Positions 7,856-16,441 of a DNA stretch of 26,126 nt are shown here, in pieces; position 1 is the stretch's first letter; each line of letters begins with the position of its first letter. The notes under the pieces were generated by a model, which did no database searches, had not been told where the DNA came from, and worked only from the letters and a program-made list of their open reading frames with translations. The position numbers and the translations under genes were made by a program. The stretch is from Oligoflexales bacterium (GTDB taxonomy: Bacteria > Bdellovibrionota_B > Oligoflexia > Oligoflexales > Bog-1112), in NCBI GenBank assembly GCA_045106415.1, contig JBGCEP010000016.1, forward strand, positions 1 to 26,126, read 5' to 3'.

Positions 7856-9655
7856 TTATTCTTGGCCAGGCTCAAATGTCATTGTGTCGTCGCGACGAGC
7901 ATCCAATGAATCTTGCGCTTGAGAGAAAGCACTCGCTAAAGCCGTTTGTGGCTCGCTTGCAACTGTCCCCAAGTATTCTTTAAGGGCATCACCTTCAAGT
8001 CCTCGTTGATATGCTTTACGAGAAAGAGAGAAGCGGCGCTCTTCAGCATCACTTGCTAAGACGATGAAATCAATCTCATCACCTTCTTTAACTGTTGGCT
8101 CTGCGCCTTCAACAGCATTAGCATCAAGCTCACTAATGTGAATCATGCCGTCAACACCTTCAGCAATTTGTACAAAAGCGCCAAAGTCAGTCATACGAGT
8201 CACAACACCATGACCTTTTGTTCCTGGAACAAAATCACGAGAAGCAACAATCCAAGGATCTTCAGTCAATTGCTTAATACCAAGTGAGAATCTCTCACCT
8301 TTTGTATCAATTTGAAGAACCTTAGCTTCAACTTCAGTACCTTTTTTATAGATATCACCTGGGTGCTTTATGCGCTCAGTCCAGCTGATGTCTGAGATAT
8401 GAATCAAGCCGTCAATACCGTCTTCAATACCAACAAAGATACCGAAGTCTGTAATGTTACGGATTTTTCCACGAATAACATCACCAACTTGATATTTTTC
8501 TTTAACAATTTCCCAAGGATTCGGCTCAAGCTGCTTCATACCAAGACTGATACGACGTGCATCAAGATCAATAGCAAGAACAACAACGTTGACTTCATCA
8601 CCGATAGAGACAACTCGAGATGGGTGACGAATACGCTTTGACCAGCTCATTTCACTGATGTGAATCAAACCTTCGATTCCATCTTCAAGCTCAACAAAAG
8701 CACCGTAATCAGTCAGACTCACAACAGCACCAGCTGTTTTTGCTCCAACTTGGTAACGACTTGCTGCTTCAGCCCATGGATCATCTTGCAACTGCTTGTA
8801 ACCAAGAGAAACACGTTGACGGTTCTCATCGTAAGAAAGAACCTTAACTTCAACTTCTTGACCAACTTCAAATAATTGAGTCGGATGATTGATACGGCCC
8901 CAAGACATATCTGTGATATGAAGAAGACCATCAATTCCACCAAGATCAACGAAAGCACCATAATCTGTGATGTTTTTCACGATACCTTTAAGGATCGCGC
9001 CTTCAGCCAAACTGCCAAGAGTTTCTGAACGAAGCTTCTCACGGTCTTGCTCAAGCAATACGCGACGGCTAAGAACGATGTTTCCACGCTTTTTGTTGAA
9101 CTTGATAATTTTGAAAGTCAACTTGTTGTTGATCAATTTATCAAGGTTGCGCACTGGGCGTAGGTCAACTTGTGAACCAGGAAGGAACGCTTTAACGCCA
9201 ATATCAACTGACAAGCCACCTTTGACGCGTGCCATAATGACACCTTCAACGACTTCATCATTTTCATAAGCATCAGAGATACGATCCCAAGCGCGGAGCA
9301 TTTCCGCTCTTTCACGACTAAGAACCATTTCACCGTCATTGTCTTCAAAGCAGTCGAGGTAAACTTCAACTTCTTGACCAACTTCAGTCGTCAAACCACC
9401 TTCTGGGCTTTTAAACTCAATGATAGGGACTTCGCCATCAGCTTTATGGCCAATGTCGATATGAACAGAGTCGTTAGTAATACGAACAACTCGTCCTTTT
9501 ACAATACTTCCCTCAGTAATTTCCGAGCCACCAGGGGCCTGTTCCAGGAGTTGTAAAAATTCATTAGCTTCGTCGTCATGTTCCATAACGGCATTTGGCT
9601 CTTCCCAGTTGATTTCACCAATACCAGTTACGGTTGAAATAGATTGTTGTTTCAT
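7856..9655 (-). CDS. rpsA: 30S ribosomal protein S1
   Basis: Six S1 repeats (VKNITDYGAFVDLGGIDGLLHITDMSW, LTDYGAFVELEDGIEGLIHISEMSW and others), AFLPGSQVD, AGGAG RBS. Confidence 0.98.
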   Translation of the reverse strand: MKQQSISTVTGIGEINWEEPNAVMEHDDEANEFLQLLEQAPGGSEITEGSIVKGRVVRITNDSVHIDIGHKADGEVPIIEFKSPEGGLTTEVGQEVEVYLDCFEDNDGEMVLSRERAEMLRAWDRISDAYENDEVVEGVIMARVKGGLSVDIGVKAFLPGSQVDLRPVRNLDKLINNKLTFKIIKFNKKRGNIVLSRRVLLEQDREKLRSETLGSLAEGAILKGIVKNITDYGAFVDLGGIDGLLHITDMSWGRINHPTQLFEVGQEVEVKVLSYDENRQRVSLGYKQLQDDPWAEAASRYQVGAKTAGAVVSLTDYGAFVELEDGIEGLIHISEMSWSKRIRHPSRVVSIGDEVNVVVLAIDLDARRISLGMKQLEPNPWEIVKEKYQVGDVIRGKIRNITDFGIFVGIEDGIDGLIHISDISWTERIKHPGDIYKKGTEVEAKVLQIDTKGERFSLGIKQLTEDPWIVASRDFVPGTKGHGVVTRMTDFGAFVQIAEGVDGMIHISELDANAVEGAEPTVKEGDEIDFIVLASDAEERRFSLSRKAYQRGLEGDALKEYLGTVASEPQTALASAFSQAQDSLDARRDDTMTFEPGQE

Positions 9656-9733
9656 GTTTGTTATCGCTCCTGAAACGAACGGATTCTGAAAGGGTGGATA
9701 AAAAAGGTCGCTAACCGACCGTTGCGAGTTACG

Positions 9734-9763
9734 TCGTTAACATCATTTAAGCCCACCTGTCAA
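9734..9763 (-). promoter_or_regulatory. Candidate sigma-70 promoter for rpsA
   Basis: Perfect TTGACA at 9758-9763 (minus), followed after 18 nt by TAACGA preceded by TGn. The -10 match is weak. Confidence 0.35.
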
Positions 9764-9956
9764 GAATTTTACCTCCAAGTAAAAATGTCTTTTTTATTTT
9801 TCAGCCTCTCTATCACTATTTGCATCTTATTTTCAGATTCTTATAGAAAAACAATCTTCACCTGAAGCTTCAAATCAGCTAGAGCAGAACCCAGAAAACG
9901 GATCTGTTTTCGAGAGCGAGATATAATAAATAAAACTACCTGAGGAGAAAACTACG

Positions 9957-10826
9957 ATGCGCAACTGCTTCACACAGTTTTTATTCGCTTTTTTATGCTC
10001 ATTACTTTTTCAGCAAACAGCTTCCAGCGAGTGCGCAAAGCCTCTCTCACCTATTATGAATACTGAGGAGGTCTATAGCGGAGTTCCTTTTAAACAAGGT
10101 GAAGTCAGTACATATGAGGTTCATTATGCAGGCATTTTAGTTGGATACGGCGATATCCTCGTTCTCCCTCCTGTTTATCACGACAAAGGGTGGTTAAGAG
10201 TTTTTGAGGCCAGAACAAGAACAGCTGAATGGTACAGAGCAATTTTTGAAGCAAAAGATCTTGCTCGCGGCTGGAACCGCCCTCAAGATTTCGGCGTCGT
10301 CAAATTCAAAGTGCAACAAGATGAAACAAGCGCTTCAATCAGTCAACTTTTACAAGAAAAATGGCTTTCCTTTGATCACAGCCAATGTGAAGTAAAAGAA
10401 ACCATTAAAAAAAATGAAAATCCGCTAAAAAGGTCTGCTTTTGAATTACAACCCGGGGCAGCATCTTCACTTGGCTCCGTTTTCAAAATGAGAACCATGC
10501 CTTTAAAGATAGGAACAACAGAAAGAATCCTGGTCTTCTCATCTGGAAAAAACTGGTGGCTAGAAGGAAAAGTGAAAAATAGAGAAACAATCACCACACC
10601 AGCAGGTACTTACGACACAGTAAAACTCAAGCTTCAGACGTATATAGGAAAAGATCTACAACAAAAAGGGGAGGTTTATGCCTGGATCGCAGACAAACAC
10701 CCAAACCGCCCCCTTGTCATGATGACTGGCGATATTAAACTCGGAAGAGTAAAAGTGACTCTTCACAATTTTATTGCATCCAGCAAAGCCAGACCTTCAA
10801 TCATCGCCCCCACATCACCTGAATAG
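9957..10826 (+). CDS. DUF3108-family secreted protein
   Basis: Signal peptide. PFKQGEVSTYEVHY at the N-terminus and ETITTPAGTYDTVKL...WIAD...PLV at the C-terminus are typical of the family. GAGGAG RBS. Confidence 0.8.
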   Translation: MRNCFTQFLFAFLCSLLFQQTASSECAKPLSPIMNTEEVYSGVPFKQGEVSTYEVHYAGILVGYGDILVLPPVYHDKGWLRVFEARTRTAEWYRAIFEAKDLARGWNRPQDFGVVKFKVQQDETSASISQLLQEKWLSFDHSQCEVKETIKKNENPLKRSAFELQPGAASSLGSVFKMRTMPLKIGTTERILVFSSGKNWWLEGKVKNRETITTPAGTYDTVKLKLQTYIGKDLQQKGEVYAWIADKHPNRPLVMMTGDIKLGRVKVTLHNFIASSKARPSIIAPTSPE

Positions 10827-10828
10827 AA

Positions 10829-11743
10829 TTACAAATCAACTTGCTTCATTTTTTCAGCAAGCTCTCTTTGTTCAGCTGTCAGAGTTTTAGGGACAAGAAC
10901 TTCAAGCACAGCATAAAAGTCACCGCGGTCATCAACTTTTCCTGCTTTCGTTGGAAAACCAAGACCTTTGAGTCTTAGTTTACTTCCAGACTTTAGACCA
11001 GCTGGAATACGAACTCTTCTGGTGCCAGCTGGAGTTTGAACTTCTGCTGTCCCACCCAGCAAAGCGTCTGAAATTTTTACAGGAAGAGGCGTTTGAATAT
11101 CATGGCCATGCCTCACATATTGTGGGTGCTTACTCACTTTCACAATAACGTAGAGGTCGCCATTTTCTCCACCATAAGGCGAAGGAGCTCCTTGCCCACT
11201 CACCCTCAGTTTTCCACCATCTTTCATACCCGCAGGGACCTTGACTTTAATATCCCGTTGAACCCCTGGGTTGAGCCTATATTGCACTAAACGCTCACAA
11301 CCGTTCCACGCCTCATCAAAACTCACACTCACTTCGTATTCAACATCTTGACCACGGTTCATCGTCGCATGATGCCCTCCATGATGACCATGCTGCCCTC
11401 CAAAGCCTCCGCCTCCGCCGAAAAAGCGAGAAAAAATATCTCCTCCACCAGAGCCCATATCAAAGTCTCGGAAAATCGACCCAAAATCTGCACCTTGAAA
11501 AATATCTTCAGACGAATATTTCTGATGGAAAGCATTATCGCCAAACATGTCATACTGCTTCTTTTTGTCAGCATCTGACAAAACTGCATATGCTTCACTA
11601 ATCTCTTTAAATTTTGATTCAGCAGCTTCATCTCCTGGATTCTTATCAGGATGGTATTGTAGCGCTAGTTTTCTATATGATTTTTTAATTTCATCTGCAG
11701 ATGCCTTTTTAGACACCCCCAGAGTTTGATAATAATCAGCCAC
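10829..11743 (-). CDS. Class B J-domain co-chaperone (CbpA/DnaJ-like, no zinc finger)
   Basis: DYYQTLGV...HPDKNPGD J-domain, G/F region and DnaJ C-terminal domain (GDLYV, LRLKGLG). No CxxCxGxG. AAAGGAG RBS with GTG start. Confidence 0.93.
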   Translation of the reverse strand: MADYYQTLGVSKKASADEIKKSYRKLALQYHPDKNPGDEAAESKFKEISEAYAVLSDADKKKQYDMFGDNAFHQKYSSEDIFQGADFGSIFRDFDMGSGGGDIFSRFFGGGGGFGGQHGHHGGHHATMNRGQDVEYEVSVSFDEAWNGCERLVQYRLNPGVQRDIKVKVPAGMKDGGKLRVSGQGAPSPYGGENGDLYVIVKVSKHPQYVRHGHDIQTPLPVKISDALLGGTAEVQTPAGTRRVRIPAGLKSGSKLRLKGLGFPTKAGKVDDRGDFYAVLEVLVPKTLTAEQRELAEKMKQVDL

Positions 11744-11761
11744 GGTCGCACTCCTTTCGCT

Positions 11762-12406
11762 TCAAGCTAATTTAAGTGCAAATTCACAGTTGTCAAGATC
11801 AGAAAAACGCCTCAACTGATGAACAATCCTATGAAGGTTCGTCTCGCTCGAGACTTTCAGAACTTCACTCAACGAAAACCACTTAAGATCCAGGGATTCA
11901 TCAGAAATTTCTAAACTACTGGATCGGGAGGCAAAAAATAAATAAGTCACATCAAAATGGTAATGTTCCGCCTCACCTTTACGCTCTGGAATCATATGGA
12001 AATCTAAATCAAAAGGACGCGAACCACACTTATCCAAAACCTTCATGCCTGACTCTTCTATTCCTTCTCTATACGCCGCTTCAGGAAGAGATTCTCCAGT
12101 TTCGACATGCCCTCCCAGCTGTAGCCACCGACCTAGTTTTGCATGCAGTGTAAGCACCATCTTTTCACGACGCTCATCTAGAATCACCGCTGACGCAGTA
12201 AAGTGCCCCCCAAGCCCATTGTATTGACCAGTCTGCAAGAACTCTTCAAATGCGCTATAAATTTTATCCATAGAACAATCGAGCCGGTCTTTTCTCAGAG
12301 CTTTTATAGAGTCCATGATAAGGTTCTTAGCATCACAGTCCAAACCGGTGGTTTCTAATGAAGAATTATTCTTACTACAATCTTTTTCGACACTCTGTCC
12401 CATCAA
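11762..12406 (-). CDS. NUDIX hydrolase (true start may be 12316)
   Basis: Nudix box GGHVETGESLPEAAYREGIEESG. HFTASA, HAKLGRWLQLGGH and HYHFDVTYLF are subfamily motifs. Confidence 0.9.
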   Translation of the reverse strand: MMGQSVEKDCSKNNSSLETTGLDCDAKNLIMDSIKALRKDRLDCSMDKIYSAFEEFLQTGQYNGLGGHFTASAVILDERREKMVLTLHAKLGRWLQLGGHVETGESLPEAAYREGIEESGMKVLDKCGSRPFDLDFHMIPERKGEAEHYHFDVTYLFFASRSSSLEISDESLDLKWFSLSEVLKVSSETNLHRIVHQLRRFSDLDNCEFALKLA

Positions 12407-13659
12407 TTATTTCCCTTTCTATAGAGCCTGCTGCCGGTATTGTGGACACTATCTTAATAGGTCAGTATTCTCCACTATCCATGAGCTCCCTAGCAATATC
12501 GAACTCCATTGTCTCTGCTTTTTTCTGGATGCTAAGTTTTTTATCAACAACTCTCATGAGCCATACAGCACGCAGCTCACAGTCTCAGACAGATTCTATG
12601 AGTGAAAAACTCAGCACAAGTCTTATCATAGCGACAGTCTTTTCCATATCCCTGTCTTGCCTCATCGTCTTTTCCACAGACTTTCTCTTTTCTCTATATA
12701 AAGTTTCTTCTCAGCACGAGCATGAAACACTTTTGTATCTATATTTAAGGTTGATGAGCTTACCCTTCGCTCTTTTTTGCAGTTGTGCTAACGGTGTTTT
12801 TCGAGGACTACAGAGTTTTAAAGTACAACTTTACCTAGCTCTTATCTTAACCAGCACAAATATACTTATAAGCTCAGCCCTTGTCGTTCTTTATGACCAA
12901 GCTGTTCTAGGGTGTGGAATAGGAACCCTTGTCTCCTTCATTATGACAGCTGCTTACAGCTTCCATTTGCTATATAAAAACCATAAAATACACATCTGCT
13001 CGCCATCAAAAAAGTTTTTTCAAGATGATTTTTGGAGCTTACAAAAAGATTCTTTTAATGTTTTTTTGAGAACAAGCAGCTTAGTTGCCAGCTTATGGCT
13101 AATGACTCTTGCTGTAAGTCGCCTGCACCCTACAGCTTTAGCCGCACATCAAATTCAGCTTCAAGTCTGGCTGTTTGCGTCTTTCATTATGGACGGACTC
13201 GCCGTCACAGCTACAGCTCTATGCGGACAAGCTCATAAACTTCACGATCAAAAAACTTTTACGAAGATTGCTAAAAAATTCATTAATATGAGCTACTTCA
13301 TTGGCTTTATTTATGGCGCGATGTGTCTTTTGAGCTTTCAACCCATTGCTTCTTTATTCACACACAACACGCAGATTCATGAATTCTTAAAACAACCATG
13401 GTACCTCATGGCAAGCCTTCAGTGCATTGGAGCTGCAGTTTATTTATTCGACGGTTTATTATACGCGCAAGGCGAGTTTTCATTTATGCGCAAAAGAATG
13501 ATTGAGGCTTTCTTTTTCATTTATTTGCCCTCTTTATACCTACTACAAAACTCTTTCCTTGGTATTTGGGCCGCGTTTTCTGGTTTAATTTTATACCGTT
13601 TTATATCATCTAAAATATATTTCTCTAAAATTTTAAACACTCATAGAGCAGGTTTCTAA
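12358..13659 (+). CDS. MATE-family efflux transporter (DinF-like)
   Basis: About 12 hydrophobic segments. Motifs EPAAGIVDTILIG, GVFRGLQ and LAAHQIQLQVWLFASFIMDGLAVTA. Confidence 0.9.
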   Translation: MKNYSYYNLFRHSVPSIISLSIEPAAGIVDTILIGQYSPLSMSSLAISNSIVSAFFWMLSFLSTTLMSHTARSSQSQTDSMSEKLSTSLIIATVFSISLSCLIVFSTDFLFSLYKVSSQHEHETLLYLYLRLMSLPFALFCSCANGVFRGLQSFKVQLYLALILTSTNILISSALVVLYDQAVLGCGIGTLVSFIMTAAYSFHLLYKNHKIHICSPSKKFFQDDFWSLQKDSFNVFLRTSSLVASLWLMTLAVSRLHPTALAAHQIQLQVWLFASFIMDGLAVTATALCGQAHKLHDQKTFTKIAKKFINMSYFIGFIYGAMCLLSFQPIASLFTHNTQIHEFLKQPWYLMASLQCIGAAVYLFDGLLYAQGEFSFMRKRMIEAFFFIYLPSLYLLQNSFLGIWAAFSGLILYRFISSKIYFSKILNTHRAGF

Positions 13660-14925
13660 AGCAAATAAGTCAGACAGTTCTTCAATACTTTCCTCAGAAA
13701 GATCTTCATCATACATAAAACGCGAACACGCAGGTATCAAAGTAAACCCAAAAAGCACTCCCAACATCACGACAGTTCCTTCGAGAGGACTCTCCCCTAA
13801 CAGGCTTGTCAACCACAAGAAAACAGACCCTGATAAAAGCTTTAAAAACATAGCAAGACTTGATGCTTGCGTTTCTAAATCTGGAAGAACTCTTACCGTT
13901 CGAGCCATTGCATTATTAAAAGGAATACCCTGAAAAGAAAATGTTAAGATCGAAACAACAACTAAAAAAAGAGGGTAAGACTCCGCAAACCACAAAGCTC
14001 CCACCAATAAAAACCCACAAAAAACACTGCAGCAAGTCATAACGGTTTCAACTCGACGATGCCCAAATATTGCGCATATTTTTTCCGACGAAAAACACAG
14101 TCCCGCAAATCCAAACATAATGCCCATTTGAGTTACTGTATATAAAAGTTGACCATTCTGATCTTTAAGTGTTTGTTGATATAAAAAAGGAGCATATGCA
14201 ATATAAACAAGATAACAACCAAGCATCAAAGCTGGTATTGAAGCAGACGCTACAAAACAAGGAGACCTGATGAGTGATTTATAACTCTCTTTTAACGACT
14301 GCTCTGTTGATAATTGAGGCGCGTTTAAAGCTAAGTTTTGAGCCCATGGAAAACCTAGCGTTGCACAAAAGCTTAAAAGAACAACACACTGAAAACAAGC
14401 AGCCCAGTCTCGATACTCAATCAACAGCACACCGATCAAAGGAGCCAAACCCGTCGTCAGACACACCACACCATTTACAAAACCAAGCAAACGTTCTGAC
14501 TTGTGCCTATCGTAACACATTGGAAGTAATGCAAAAATAATAATAAAAAGATATCCACCACTCAGGCCTTGTAAAAATCGACCCGCAACAAGAAGCCCCA
14601 ATGAAGACTGTGAGCAAGAAAACACACTCCCCATGTTAAAACCTATGTAAGACAGCAACATCACAGCACGGTAGCTTAAAACTCGCACCAAGCCATAGCA
14701 AGAGACACAAGACAGAGCAAAACCTAAGAGATTGATAGAGAGAACCATTTGAGCGACAGCATAGTCTGCCTCAAACGCAGCCATCAAATGCGGAATAGCA
14801 GGAAGAACAATTTCTTTTTCCATCTCAACAACAAGTAAAATAACGACAAACCACAGGAATGAAAACCAGCTAACCGATTCTTTTTCTAATTGACTCAAGA
14901 AACCACCAAAAAAAACAAAACACAC
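13633..14925 (-). CDS. MFS drug-efflux transporter, Bcr/CflA (DHA1)-like; start may be TTG at 14898
   Basis: About 12 TMs. Motifs EIVLPAIPHLMAAF, GRFLQGL (motif B) and LAPLIG (motif C). Confidence 0.85.
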   Translation of the reverse strand: MCFVFFGGFLSQLEKESVSWFSFLWFVVILLVVEMEKEIVLPAIPHLMAAFEADYAVAQMVLSINLLGFALSCVSCYGLVRVLSYRAVMLLSYIGFNMGSVFSCSQSSLGLLVAGRFLQGLSGGYLFIIIFALLPMCYDRHKSERLLGFVNGVVCLTTGLAPLIGVLLIEYRDWAACFQCVVLLSFCATLGFPWAQNLALNAPQLSTEQSLKESYKSLIRSPCFVASASIPALMLGCYLVYIAYAPFLYQQTLKDQNGQLLYTVTQMGIMFGFAGLCFSSEKICAIFGHRRVETVMTCCSVFCGFLLVGALWFAESYPLFLVVVSILTFSFQGIPFNNAMARTVRVLPDLETQASSLAMFLKLLSGSVFLWLTSLLGESPLEGTVVMLGVLFGFTLIPACSRFMYDEDLSEESIEELSDLFALETCSMSV

Positions 14926-15050
14926 TGCTCTATACCGAATAGAGATCCCTTATGGCAAATACATTTTTATAATTTTTAAAAGAGAAACGTTATTAGAAAG
15001 GTAGGTACTCAAAAAAGACAAAATTTAAAGATATAAGGATTAAAGCACAA

Positions 15051-15089
15051 AATAAAAAAGAGCGTCTTAAAAAAACGCTCTTTTTTATT
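15051..15089 (-). terminator. Intrinsic terminator (potentially bidirectional) downstream of the 16223 lipoprotein gene
   Basis: 15-bp inverted repeat AATAAAAAAGAGCGT / ACGCTCTTTTTTATT, giving a T-tract on both strands. Confidence 0.8.
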
Positions 15090-15119
15090 AAAACAGAAGC
15101 TTCCACTTCATCTCTAATT

Positions 15120-16223
15120 TTATTTTTTAACAGAGACCAAGCAACTGTTATTACAGTCTGATTGAAATTCAGTATCAATCACCTTATGGCGACCAGTAAG
15201 AACAATAGATCGAGTTAAATCAATATAACCAGCCCCTTCTTTTTCCACATAACTTGAAATATAAGCTTTAACACCACCTCCAAAGTCAGCCTCTCGGACA
15301 GGAAAGCTTTCTTCAACAGATGAACCTGTGAGACCAAGTCCCCAGTCATCAAACTCAGAGTCACTCCCTGTTGATTTCTTTTTATCACCTTCAGCTTGCT
15401 TCGCTCGTAATTTATCAAGTTCTTTGCGTAACTCCGCAACTTCTTTTTGTGATTCAGACAGCTCTGATACGCCACCTTTCATATGATTTGTCACAAGAAG
15501 AGCAGTCACAAGACCCGCAAACGCAAAAGTAAAAATTCCACCTTGAGCTCTATATTTCCACCTTGCATCTTGCTTCACAGCGTCCGCATATAACCTTGTA
15601 GCTGAAGCAAAAGCTTCCGTATCGGCTCGAAAGTCGGCACTATTCACATCTAAAGTTTTGTTTTCTCGAGTTTCAATCGAAAGAATTCTTGAATCAAAAT
15701 CTGCAGCTGATTCACCTGGCTTAGGAACTCGAGCAGCATCTGCGATTCTCAGTTTTGCAGCATCATCAATCTGAGTGTGCCTAGATACAGCTCTAGCATA
15801 AGAATCAATCGCTCGATTCATATGGGTCGCACTATTATCTCGACGAGAACTTCCTGTCAGCTGAACGGCATTTTGCAAACCCTTCACATCGCTTCTTCTT
15901 ACAACAACCAAAACCTCACGGATTGGCGTCGCAATATATGACAACTCAGGAAACCTTTCTACCGGAAGTGACAAAAATAAAGCGTCATTTTCCAACCATG
16001 ACGTTTCTTTCGTGCCTGGACCATATTGCAAGTCGCCGTTTGCAGTTTTCGCTAACGCTCCTGGCGTAACAAGTGACATGACATGTCCACTATCTTTATG
16101 AGCTTCGACCTGCTCTTCTGTTACAACAGACTCTGGGTTTTCATCTTTCTTTGTCTTACAACTCCACAACCCCAAAACTCCGGTAACAGCCACTCCAAGA
16201 CAGACTCTATGACTTAACTTCAT
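15120..16223 (-). CDS. Hypothetical lipoprotein with an internal hydrophobic helix and coiled coil
   Basis: Start re-assigned to ATG 16223 (strong GAGGAGG RBS), giving MKLSHRVCLGVAVTGVLGLWS-C with a lipobox. Internal GIFTFAFAGLVTALLV is followed by heptad-like SELSESQKEVAELRKELDKLRAKQ. Confidence 0.75.
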   Translation of the reverse strand: MKLSHRVCLGVAVTGVLGLWSCKTKKDENPESVVTEEQVEAHKDSGHVMSLVTPGALAKTANGDLQYGPGTKETSWLENDALFLSLPVERFPELSYIATPIREVLVVVRRSDVKGLQNAVQLTGSSRRDNSATHMNRAIDSYARAVSRHTQIDDAAKLRIADAARVPKPGESAADFDSRILSIETRENKTLDVNSADFRADTEAFASATRLYADAVKQDARWKYRAQGGIFTFAFAGLVTALLVTNHMKGGVSELSESQKEVAELRKELDKLRAKQAEGDKKKSTGSDSEFDDWGLGLTGSSVEESFPVREADFGGGVKAYISSYVEKEGAGYIDLTRSIVLTGRHKVIDTEFQSDCNNSCLVSVKK

Positions 16224-16273
16224 ATCAATTTCCTCCTCAAAAAAATCTTCATCCAAGAATGGACCTGCCTCAT

Positions 16274-16300
16274 TCCTCGGAGTCTGAGGCAAACCCTTAA
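16274..16300 (-). promoter_or_regulatory. Possible degenerate sigma-28 promoter
   Basis: TTAAGGGT-N11-TCCGAGGA matches 5/8 and 5/8 of the FliA consensus at the correct spacing, 50 bp upstream of ATG 16223. Confidence 0.35.
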
Positions 16301-16441
16301 GTAAAATATTAAAAAAAATTATGTAGACTGCGATTTTTTTAAAAAAAACCAAAAATTAAAGATACTTACAACAAAAAATCACACTACATAAAAAAAAATA
16401 TTTTTGAAAGTTTCATGCTACCATATGAAATTCTCTACGAA

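Noticed and set aside
14993..15178. 61-aa minus-strand ORF
   Set aside because: It runs through a terminator hairpin and AT-rich spacer and overlaps the lipoprotein 3' end out of frame.
16266..16300. TGCCTCA/TGAGGCA hairpin with GGCAAACCC, suggestive of a c-di-GMP-I riboswitch
   Set aside because: The GGCAAAC is on the strand opposite the gene, and the GAAA loop and GACGCAAAG elements are absent.
16224..16352. N-terminal extension of the 410-aa ORF
   Set aside because: A strong RBS and lipoprotein signal begin at ATG 16223, so the extension is promoter/UTR sequence.
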